From Takakia lepidozioides (taxonomy: Eukaryota; Plantae; Bryophyta): DNA of 64,000 nucleotides. The notes beneath the pieces were generated by a model. The model ran no database searches. It saw nothing but the letters and a program-made list of their open reading frames with translations, and was not told the origin of the DNA. Of the stretch, positions 51,975 through 62,532 are shown one piece after another; within the stretch, counting starts at the first letter, position 1, and each line of letters opens with the position of its first letter. The position numbers and the translations under genes were made by a program. The stretch is from NCBI GenBank assembly GCA_030704615.1, contig CM060732.1:17670001-17734000 (forward strand). Reading direction: 5' to 3'.

Positions 51975-53670
51975 GAAATACGGCGCCGCATTTCCGTTTT
52001 GCTTCTTGGTCATGCACCAGAGCGACGGAAATGCGGCACCGAGTTTCCGTCCGGAGGAAACCTTTATACTCTCCAGAACGGAAATGCGGTACCGCATTTC
52101 CGTTCTGATTGAGAATTATGAACAACGGGAACAGAAATGCGGCACCGCATTTCCGTCCGAGTCGCACTTTTCCGACATTCCAGAACGGAAATGCGGCGCC
52201 GCATTTCCATTTTGTATCTGATGCATGGAGCTGAGGGATAGAAATGCTGCAGCACATTTCCGTCCTTAAAAGACATTCATACTCTCCATAACGGAAATGC
52301 GGTACCGCATTTCCATCCACCAAGCACGGTATGTGAAGGTGGAACGGAAATGCGGTACCGCATTTCCGTTCTGATTGAGAATTATGAACAACGGGAACAG
52401 AAATGCGGCACCGCATTTCCGTCCGAGTCGCACTTTCCGACATTCCAGAACGGAAATGCGGCGCCGCATTTCCATTTTGTATCTGATGCATGGAGCCGAG
52501 TGCGATTCCGACAGCTTCATACAGCGCAATTCCGACCGCTTGAGACATTCATACTATCCAGAACGGAAATGCGGTACCGCATTTCCGTTCTGACTGAAAA
52601 TCGTGAACCATCTGAACTGAAATGCGGCAGCGTATTTCCATCCGAGTCGCACCTACCAACATTCCAGAACGGAAATGCGGTACCGCATTTCCGTTCTGAC
52701 TGAAAATCGTGAACCATCGGAACTGAAATGCGGCAACGCATTTCCATCCGAGTCGCACCTCCCAACATTCCAGAACGGAATGTATTAGATTCAAAAGGGA
52801 AATGCGGCACCGCATTTCCGTTCTGATGAAATATCCTGAAACATCGGAACTGAAATGCGGTACCGCATTTCCGTCGGAGTCGCACCTTCCGACATTCCAA
52901 AACGGAAATGCGGCGCCGCATTTCCGTTTTGTATGTGAGGCATGGAGCTGTGGAACGAAAATGCGGCACAGCATTTCCGCCAGCGTCAGACGTTAATACT
53001 CTACAGAACGGAAATGCGGTACCGCATTTCCGTTCTGACTGAAAATCGTGCGCAACGGGAACAGAAATGCGGCACCGCATTTCCGTCCGAGTCGCACCTT
53101 CCGACATTCTAGAACGGAAATGCGGCGCCGCATTTCCGTTTTGTATATGGGGCCTGGAGCTGTGCTACGGAAATGTGTTGCCGCATTTCCATCCACCAAA
53201 CTTTCGAGACCGGAAATGCGGCACCGCATTTCTGTCCAGGTGAGACCTCTATACTTTCCCGAACGGAAATGTGGCACGGCATTTCCATTCATCAACTAAC
53301 GTATGTGAAGGGGGAACGGAAATGCGGTACCGCATTTCCGTTCACATTGAAAATCATGAACCACGGGAACTGAAATGTTGTGCCTCATTCCCGTCCGAAT
53401 CGCACCTTTCGACATTCCAGAACGGAAATGCGGCGCCGCATTTCCCTTTTGAATCTCATACATGGAGCTGTGGGACGGAAATGCGGCACCGTATTTCCGT
53501 TCAACAACTAAGGTATGTGAAGGTGGAACGGAAATGCGGTGCCGCATTTTCTTCCAACAAGTACGGATGTGTAGCTTCGTGATGGTACTTAACGGAAATG
53601 CGGCGCCGCATTCGCATTTTCGCTCCAACTCATCAGACGCTGGGACGGAAATGCCTTGAAATGTGAACAC
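51975..53670. repeat. Array of ~30 copies of the 22-bp palindrome GGAAATGCGGnnCCGCATTTCC, 53-bp period, ~5 recurring spacer classes
   Basis: Copies at about 52027, 52080, 52133, 52187, 52240, 52293, 52346, 52399, 52452 ... 53424, 53477 and 53530. Confidence 0.95.
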
Positions 53671-54051
53671 GTGGAGCAACGGAATTGCTGCACATGTCGG
53701 CACTCTATCTGACTGAAGGGGCATGAGGCGGCGCGGCCTGACCGTTGGATAATGATGTTTGTTTTTCGGACGGCAGGCGTACCCTCAACGATTCGAATTT
53801 CGTAATGACGCAAACTCCACGAGGAGACACTTTCGTCCAACCCTTTCGAACCCAAGTGGTGCATCACCGCCGTTTCATCTACTTTTGTCGTGTCTCCTCA
53901 GTCACCCCTCTCGCGCCCTTTCCATCTGCACTCTTTGCCCCTTTTCCCTCTCTCTGTTCTTCTTATGCTCGAACCTGAGAGGGGGGGAGTTCGTGCACCA
54001 GACAGGAGACCTCGTCGCAAGCTCCGGAAATTATACTTCGGACGTAGGCCA

Positions 54052-57000
54052 ATGCCGAAGGGGAGGAAGCAGATGCGTCTACAGGAGGAGATTGCCATCT
54101 CCGAGCAGCAGGCCACTCAGGCAACCCAGCCACCAGTGAGAGCTCCATGCGATCGGGCTGCGCGCAGCTGATCGAGCACCGAACCCCCCATTTTGCTTCT
54201 GTAATTCTTAGACTGAATGCTAGGAGACTTGAATGCAGAACATGTTTGCATGCCTAACAGGAAAGGTGGACGTGCTGGAGGGATCGCAGGAATCCGAAGA
54301 GCCGCAGGAAGAGTCCGAGGAGCTAGCTGCAGCACGTACACCCACCCGATCCCCGAGCGCGGGTATTCCTGCCGGGCCTAGCCCTGTGCGATTCAAAGAC
54401 GCGTCTTCGAAGGGCAAGTTCAAAGCCCCAGAGATCGACTCGCGTTCTTCGGTCATGGAGAATCGCCAGCAGGGGTCGGGCCCTTCTCCAGCAAAGTCGA
54501 AGAAGAAGCAGCCCGTCCCTCTACTGGCTTCTGAACCGGCTCAGGCCGATTCACCCCCCCCAACGCGAATGAAGCAGCAGGGTAAAGACAGATTCAATTG
54601 CAGCAGACACCTTCACCTGCAAGGATGAGGAAGCAGAAGGCAATCAGGGCGACGGGCGAACAATCTCCCGCAAAACCGCTTCCACGAGCTGAAGCTCAGT
54701 TCCTGGAGGATTTCCCGCCTGCAGATGTTGGGGCCGACTCTGCTGCAGCGAAGGCAATGGGATCGACCGTTGATCTCGATTTGGTACCGGAGGAGGGTGC
54801 TGCCGCTGAACGTTCGCAGCAAGACCTCACCACCGATGAGCAAGCAGGCCCGGAGGAGGCCTCTGCAATGGCAGAATTGCCCGCAGACAGGCCCCAGAGT
54901 GCAGCTCCAGTTGAGGATGCTCCAGCTGCTCAGCCACTACCGGCACCTACAGACATGTCTCCGGAGGATTTCAAAAGTGCAGCGGATAAAATGTTGGAGG
55001 AGACACACAGTAGCATTGGCAGAGTTCTGGGCAGCAGGGTATTCCAGCGGACTCTTCGAATCCCACTCTGTCGCATGGTCTCCCTTCCCATCGTCAGGCA
55101 GGCCCTTCCCGGAGATGTGGATAAGCTCAAGTTCGCATTTCGAGAAGGGTACCGTCTGGGATCGGCAGCGTTTTACGTTTCCATTGAGAATGAGGACGGC
55201 GAAACTCGTGGACCCACTGCCGATGAATTGTCAACGTGGGATACCCACTGGCACACTCGCAACGACGAATTCGAGGCGACGCTGAAGGGTGATCCAGACT
55301 TCGGCCATATGTCGGGTAAAATGTTCTTTGTGTGGGACGGGAATCACCGACTTCTCGCCTGGTGGGAGTACATCAAGCAGAACCATGCCAAGCACATTGG
55401 CTGGCATTACATGGTGGAGTGTGTCATCCTCAAGGTGAAGGCGGCAGACTCCTCCCTGCTCAAGAATGCCATGGCGGACCTCAACTCGTAAGATACTCAT
55501 ACCCTCCCTAGCACGTTCGAAATGCGGTGCCGCATTTCGGTTTCCATTCTGGTTTGTTTCCGTGCTTCCGTGTACTGAACTGGAGAGTGTGCCTTGCAGG
55601 GTCACTGAGAATGCGTACGTGCATACCCACATGGCACATATGCTGTACAGGGTGAGGAAAACTGGTCTCACTGATCCGCAGATGTTTGCGGAAATGCTGG
55701 AGCCCGAGCTCATTCAGAAAGCCGTTGCAAAAACAGACCGGACATGGTATCGTCTCACTATGGATGGAATGGTGGAGGTGATATACGAAGTAAGTCGTCC
55801 TCCAATTTCCCTCTGCTCATCCTTCCCCAATTTCAGTAATGTTTCCACATGAATCGAATGTAACGCTTCTGCATGTTTTTGTTGGCAGTCAAACATCAAG
55901 CTGGATTTGGCCCATGCCAAACGCTTCTTCATGGAAAGTGAGGGGCAGGTCAAAACGTTGCAGTCATTGACTGAGCACTTGAAGGAAGCCGGTGTCAAGT
56001 CCAGAACCAAATACAAGTCAAAGCTTGTGAAGCTGGTGGCAATTGCAGATCCGGCACTTGGAAAGGACTTCATCCCCGAGATTGCAAAACACTATTCTCG
56101 GGCCATGCAGCCGACCATGCAATTGGAGAAACTGCATCACCTCTCAACGGCATGTGTGGAGGCGAAAGAGAAGGTGAGGTTTCAATGCACTGAAGTTCCT
56201 TCCTAGCAATAGCCACTCTCTTCCAGCTCCTGACATTGGATCGGAAATGGCAGACACGGTGGCTGTCGATCTGGAATGCATCCGAGAGCATAAGGACAAT
56301 GTGGTCTTTTCCACTCGAAGTTTCCGACCCTGCAGTGGATGTGTGGCTCAACCGTATGACTTGGTGGTTCCAGGTAATTCAAGGTACTTCCCCAGATTTG
56401 CTTTTCTGACATGAATTCCCTGAACTGCTACGTGACAATGGATTTGGGAATCGCAGGTAATGTCGAATGCGAAGGAGCAAGTCGTAATGCACACAAATTC
56501 GTTCGGCTTGTACGTCAAATGGGATGGAACACAGACATTGGAAGACTACGTGACACGTTTCAGATGTGCGTACAAGGACAACCTTTTCGCCAGAGAGCTA
56601 CAGACAGCAAGAAGGAGCGTGGAGTTTACACATCAGGAGGGAGCGGGGAAAGCTGCAATGCGAATTGTTTACAGGTGAAGCACAGCTGCCCTTGTATGCG
56701 AAGCCTGGTTACGAGGTTTGTCTCGGAAATGCGGCACCGCATTCGCATTTTATGTTTTCGGTGGCACTCTGCGAGTAGGTTGGTCTCAACTTTTGCTCAC
56801 GCATGCTGACTGCCTTGCAGGTATATGAAATACGTGCTCCTTCAGACAGGGGCCCTGGCTCAAGAGCCCCCGTTCTTCATGGCTTGGACCGTGGCGGGCC
56901 CAAGCTGTGTCTACACACCCGAGATGCAGAAACAATGGCATCCCGCGCATCTCGTTGGATGCCCGTGGTACCTGGACATGTCTGGCGGTATTGTTGACGA

Positions 57001-59174
57001 GTCTGAGAAAGATCTGCACGCCTTGGCAGAAGAGAAGAGAAAGGAAAGACGTGTCCCTGCTGGGCCAAAGTCGGCAAAGGAATCTGCTGCTCTGGAAGAA
57101 TCCAGAAAGGCAGCTGAGATGGCACAAAAGACGGTGGATGCAGCTGTGCAGGCCCAACAGAAGGGGTCGAAGAAGAGGACTCGCCAGCAAGGAGCAGCTG
57201 TTGTGACACCCGCCAAAACGAAGAAGCAGAAACAGCCTGTTCAGGAAGAGGGTGAGGAAGAGGACTCCGATGGAGACTTTGCAACCAGCCCACCCCCCCA
57301 AACGCAGGCTGCCTCCCCTGTGCCCACCGTTGTCACGAGAGGCACGAGAACTGGCTCGGCAAAGAAGGCACTCTTCAACCCCCCAGGGGGGCACCCTTTC
57401 GAGCCGGTGGAAATGAAGAGGCCGAAAGTGGCTCCCGAAACAGTAGTCCAGTGTGTAAATGAGAGTTTCTTGGCGGCTTTGGATGGACGGGCAGCCAAGT
57501 TGGCATACATGAAGACCATGGAGGGTCTGAAGGGCAGAGCACTGAAGAAGGCGACTGCCGAAGAGCCTTCCGACACCCCAGGATTTCAGAATATGGTCTC
57601 GTTCTTTGAGAGGGTGTGTGCAGACAAGGATTGTAGGAGGGGCGGAAATGCCACCGAGTGGTCTTGCGATATGATCATCTTGGATATTCCGGACGGAGAG
57701 CCTGTGGAAGGACTGCAAGCTTTGCCATCTTGGAACAGGTACTCGGAGGACTTTTGGAAGAAAGGATTCGGGCTTGCCCGCATGGTGTTGGACGACAGAG
57801 GCTGTGTGGTTGTCCTGGCGAGCAGAGGAAAAAACACTCAGACAGGAATTGCGAAGTGGACCCGCAAGAGCGCCGTCCCGATTCTGAAAAAGAAGTGGAC
57901 GTGCATCAACACACTGGGCCTTCGGTCGGAAGGGAAGAAGGTGATTACGACACTGGCACTCGTCCATTCATTTGCTTGGGTGTTTTCAAATGCGGTGCCG
58001 CATTCGGTTTCTAATCGTTTTCCCCCTGTGTATGCAGACGAAGCAGTTCGATGCATACTGCTTTGTGAAGGAGAACTCCACCTTTGCTTTCCGGAAGGAG
58101 GGAGGAAAGGTTGACCCGAACTGCGACCCACTCGATTACGACGTTCTGTTCAACAACGTTCCCAAGGAACTTCTCCCTCATAGCCTCACTTCAACGGAAC
58201 CCCTGCGGTACTCACGGACTCGGAGCCCTGCCTTCATTCAGACAATTATGGAGACATGCACAGACGTGGAGGGCACAGTGCTCGACCTCATCTGTGGGAC
58301 AGGTATGCAGAATCTTGATCTATGCTGTTCTGCAAATTCTCGTTAGGATGTAGTTCGCAACATCTGAAGCGCCATGTGGTAATGTGTGGATGGCATTGTA
58401 ACAGGTGCCTCAATGTGGGCTGGGCGGTTTTCCGACCGGCACCTCTTTGCCTACGAGGAGGATTCATCCGTGTGGGGATCCCATCTGGAAGGGCTGCAAC
58501 GGAATGTTAAGGCTCCCGACAGAGCGGAAGTCTCCTCGGATTCGTCGGAGTCCGAGGAAGACACAGTGGACATTGATGCGGAGGAGAACCCGGAATACGA
58601 GTGAGTGCAAACATTGTAAGTTTGCAAAGCCTTCTGGGTCATTTATGTCAAACGAATTTCCCGACTGTGGTTCTCATTAGTCTCGTTGATGATTGTCATG
58701 TGCAGGATTGCAGGGTCCGGGTCGAAACATGTAGGGCCTACACTTCCTGCCAGGAAGAATGTCCCGTTCTTTGCGAGGGCCGACTTCATGACGAGCCCGG
58801 TGAGGGACTACTCCCTTCCTAGTTATGCAGCTAAACTCGCAAATACAGCGATTAGAAGAAGTGAGAATCCCAGTAAAGTAGAGCAGATTTTGGAGAGGGC
58901 TAGGGAGGACAGAAGGATAAGGAAAGAGTTGGCAGCAGCTCAGACAGGTAGACGGGTACGAAAGTACATATGTGATTCAGCGGATGAGAGCGACGCAGAC
59001 AGGGAGGAAGACGACCCAACGGAGGTGAGATGGACAGTTCCGCAAGGGGAAGATGGGATTTTCGAAAGCCTGGCCAACGAGCAGTCCGCTGGAGATGAGA
59101 AAGGCACTGAGGGGGTGGAGGCGGAGCAGGACAGTCTAGAACAGGATGAGGATTCGGATGATTTTCAAGATTAA
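54052..59174 (+). CDS. Multi-exon ParB/Srx-like domain + beta-class amino-(N6A/N4C) DNA methyltransferase-like fusion gene (probably 1-2 frameshifts)
   Basis: Predicted exons 54052-54135, ~54266-55487 (-1 shift near 54586), 55600-55789, 55889-56173, 56227-56373, ~56457-56716 (frame uncertain), 56821-57940, 58038-58302, 58405-58600 and ~58706-59174. FFVWDGNHRLLAW is ParB-like DGxHR. CDMIILDIPDG is motif IV-like. RSPAFIQTIMETCTDVEGTVLDLICGTG|ASMWAGRFSDRHLFAYEED is motif X/I/II-like. Confidence 0.7.
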
Positions 59175-59311
59175 TAGAATTTTAATGAAGTCTCTGTAAA
59201 TGTAAATTCTCTTCCAGAGTATATAAAGGAAATTCTGCCAGACATTCGTGACCCCTCTCCAGTGTGCATTCCAGCCACACAATCGCCCAAACCACGACGC
59301 TCCCAAAATCA

Positions 59312-60012
59312 GAAATGGGGCACCGCATTTCCAAAATTTTGGCAACTCTAAGAACCTCTTTTGGAAATGCGGCACCGCATTTCCAAAACAGGGGAGGGAC
59401 TAAATTTTCCATTTCAATGTTGGCATAGTAAAAAGTAATCGGCCGATTGGAAATGCGGTGCCGCATTTCCAAAATTTCCTTTGTCCACACGCCAGTTTTG
59501 GCCTCTCCCGCTCATTGCATGGATGCCACCACGCTTACAGAGGTCGAACAAGGAGGTCGAACAAGGAGGTCGAGATGGCGGAATTGAAAATGCGGTGCCG
59601 CATTTCAGTATTGGGGATGGTCGTTGTTCGAACTGCAGGCCCATCAGCAAAAATTGGCACCGCATTCCATTGTAAAAAAAAAGTCGATGACGGACATGGA
59701 AATGCGGCGCCGCATTTCCAGAACGGACATCGCAATTTGTCCATTTGCAGACCCTCTCTCGGAAATGCGGTAACGCATTCCATCGCGCTGGTCGGAAATG
59801 TCACACTTTTCGAAGTGTTGTACGGAAATGCGGCACCGCATTCCCTTGTCCAAAAAGAAGTTTCCATTGCCAAGCTGGAAATGCGTCGCCGCATTTGCAA
59901 TGCCAACCTCGTTGTCTGTCCAATTTATAGACCCGTGTTGGTATTTCGTGTACGTGGACGGAATGATGCCCGCATTTCCTTGTCCCACATGGAAATGCGG
60001 TGCCGCATTTCA
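59312..60012. repeat. Second array (~11 copies) of the same palindrome, irregular unique spacers
   Basis: Copies at about 59312, 59363, 59449, 59587, 59651, 59698, 59761, 59824, 59877, 59960 and 59991. Confidence 0.92.
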
Positions 60013-60270
60013 ATGTCCGACATGGCGCGTTACTCTGGTATATTCTTGACACATGACTCACATACCGGTTACTCTGCTATATTCATCCGGACAGACACAT
60101 TGTAGAAATGAGACATCAAATTGTAAACAGTGGGCCAATTCCGAGAGTTATTCAACAGAATGAAACACAATCATACAGAAGTGAGGTACGATGGGTTTAT
60201 TGATCGGACACGATGTCTCACATTTACCAACTGCAGACAAAACTAAGCCCTTCCTCCTTCTACATGGGCT

Positions 60271-60849
60271 TCACCAAGTCGACGGAACTTCGATACCCCT
60301 CAAAACAAGCTCATCACTGCTGCGGCACCTCGAGGTAAACTGCAATTCGGTCGTTCTGCTGCCCTTGCTGGAGCCGACGACAATGTCATGTCCATCAATG
60401 ATACCACCATCATACATTGACAAGGTCACTGTGGGCCTCATGTGCCCGTGCGATTCGTCTTCGCAACTCAGCCGAATGTCTCCATACACTGGAAGAGCGG
60501 AGTGATCTGCACGTATATAGTTTTCCCCGGTGCCGTCCTCCCTGGTCCACTGGCAGCAGTTCCAGCGCCAAAGTGAGGCCGTGCGTGATCTGTCCGGCAT
60601 CCCTTTCCAGCTTGGTATATCGAGGTCAACAATTTTCAGGACCCACGGACCGCATTGACCCTCGCCCTCACCTCGCTCAAAGCGGTAATAGCCCTCCAGA
60701 TACTCCATTGCGCGCAAAGACTCTTGCTTGATTCCAGCAGCGTCTGTGAAAACAGAGAGCCAGACAATGATGTCTCCTGATTCTGGTTTGAACATAGCAT
60801 AATCGTGGCCATGATAAGGGCAGTCGGCTGGATTTCGGCGGCACGACAT
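60271..60849 (-). CDS. Unknown 192-aa protein, paralog of 61405-61968
   Basis: Intact intronless ORF aligning end to end with the divergent ORF (MSC.RN..DCP..G.DYAM....SGDI..W, FERG, PW.L.I.D.D.PS, RWNCC.WT, P.YGDI, DGG.I.G.DIVV, ELVLR..EVP.T). Confidence 0.75.
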   Translation of the reverse strand: MSCRRNPADCPYHGHDYAMFKPESGDIIVWLSVFTDAAGIKQESLRAMEYLEGYYRFERGEGEGQCGPWVLKIVDLDIPSWKGMPDRSRTASLWRWNCCQWTREDGTGENYIRADHSALPVYGDIRLSCEDESHGHMRPTVTLSMYDGGIIDGHDIVVGSSKGSRTTELQFTSRCRSSDELVLRGIEVPSTW

Positions 60850-61404
60850 CCTTCAAATAGAGTAGCGGAGTACGCTCAATGACAGCAGCTCCCGGATGGA
60901 GGAGGAGCAGCGCGGTGGCTGGAAAAAGTTCAAGCTAACGCTGCAATTCCTCAGAAACACTCCAGGGCACATTTAAATTTCCCCCCTACAGGATCCTGGA
61001 CCGATGAAGATTGGCTGCTTCATGAATGTAGCCGTTTCAGTTTCCTACCCTGCCATGCAAACTATGGGCACTCACTGCCAGGTGGGCCGATAGCCATTGG
61101 ACACGACGAAGTCCATCCCCTCTTCGATGTAAATGCGGCGCCGAATTTCCATCCGGGGGGATGGACTTCGGTGGCAGATCTCAAACTATAACTTGTTGAT
61201 GAGAAAGATGTATGGGTTCATCCACCGCGGTGTGATGAACACGTTCCACCTCCGTCGGTGGGTACGTGGGACCCAGATGCTCCATTACTGGAGGCCGGAC
61301 TGCTCTTCCGCTTCGCATCATTTCCAAAATCTAAGGGCTTCGTAGCTGTCCGCAAGGTCATTGTCATCTGCATCCAAGTCGTCCTCAGGTCCTCCTTTGC
61401 AAGG

Positions 61405-61968
61405 ATGTCGTGCTTCCGGAACCGGGACGACTGCCCATTTGGAGGCATCGATTATGCAATGTATTCGGCCACATCGGGAGACATTGTTATCTGGTACACA
61501 GATTACACAGAAGATACTGGTTCGATTGTGGAAACATTGGTGGCTTTTGAGTATATCGTAGGCCACTACGCCTTCGAGCGGGGTGACGATCTTGGTCTGA
61601 GGAGTCCGTGGCTCCTGCGCATCCTCGATTCCGATTTTCCCAGCTACGACGGTCACCCATGCAGAAGAAGGCGCACTGCTATGCTGTTGCGGTGGAACTG
61701 CTGCCACTGGACGTGGGTGGACTCCATCGGAGAGACCTATTCTCCTGAAGGAGTGCGCTCCTCTTCTCCATTGTATGGGGACATTGGCATTGGTGTGGAC
61801 GACGAAAACGTGAAGATTTCCATATTCGATGGTGGTATGATTGAAGGGCAAGACATTGTGGTGAACATCACTAGGGGCGGTACAACGGCTGCAATCGACT
61901 TTACATGGAGGAGCCCCATGACTCATGAGCTAGTTCTGAGAGCAGTCGAAGTCCCATTGACAACGTGA
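61405..61968 (+). CDS. Unknown 187-aa protein, paralog of 60271-60849
   Basis: ATG at 61405 (MSCFRNRDDCPF) aligns with the paralog's start; intact ORF. Confidence 0.75.
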   Translation: MSCFRNRDDCPFGGIDYAMYSATSGDIVIWYTDYTEDTGSIVETLVAFEYIVGHYAFERGDDLGLRSPWLLRILDSDFPSYDGHPCRRRRTAMLLRWNCCHWTWVDSIGETYSPEGVRSSSPLYGDIGIGVDDENVKISIFDGGMIEGQDIVVNITRGGTTAAIDFTWRSPMTHELVLRAVEVPLTT

Positions 61969-62414
61969 CTTGTATTCAGTAGGCACAGGGCTCAAGATTT
62001 GATGGCACAATCAGCACAGTAGACGTGCTTCAAATGCAATTCATGTGGATCAATAAAAACCTCATTGTGCCCTCTTTTTATTCTATTCTGTGTCCATCGT
62101 TCCGACAATGCGTCATTGCTCATTTTGTTTGGGATTGGGAGTGTGGGTGGATTTTGCAAGTGGCTGGTAGGCTGAAATGGGCCCCCATTGTACAGAGCAG
62201 TACCACCCTACCATTCACGAAACATTGCCTTTCAATATATAATTCTAAATAACATTGCCGAACCTCCTTCATCGGGAGGTCCTTCTCCCCCTATGACCGT
62301 GGCACCCTAAACCCTATTCCCGCGGACACTCATTTCCGGAAAATAGTGCTGCTCATGTTTTTTTCCACACTTACGACTCTGCTCATGGCTCATGGCTCAT
62401 GAAATAGCAGCCCC

Positions 62415-62532
62415 GCCTTGGGCACTCGAGGGTGCTTCAGCCCCCGTATCTATTGTTGCCATTGCCCCCACCACAGGGGCAGCCCCTGTTGTGTCCCGAC
62501 CCCCCCTGCCCTCAAGGCGAAGGGCCGCGACA
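62415..62532 (-). mobile_element. LTR 5'-end fragment of the same gypsy family, inserted in the MULE transposase
   Basis: Minus strand reads TGTCGCGGCCCTTCGCCTTGAGGGC...gggacacaacaggggctgcccctgtggtggggg, matching the LTR starts at 21666, 28087 and 38429. Confidence 0.9.

Noticed and set aside
51975-53670. CRISPR array (palindromic repeat with ~31-bp spacers)
   Set aside because: Spacers recur in a few classes instead of being unique, no cas genes are visible, and the context is eukaryotic with introns.
51861-53724. Many overlapping ORFs with NGNAAPHFR / EMRRRISV / RKCGTAFP repeats
   Set aside because: They appear in all six frames as a by-product of a stop-poor palindromic repeat; no evidence of coding.
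56786-57967. 393-aa ORF on the minus strand
   Set aside because: Antisense shadow of the long plus-strand exon; no recognisable motifs.
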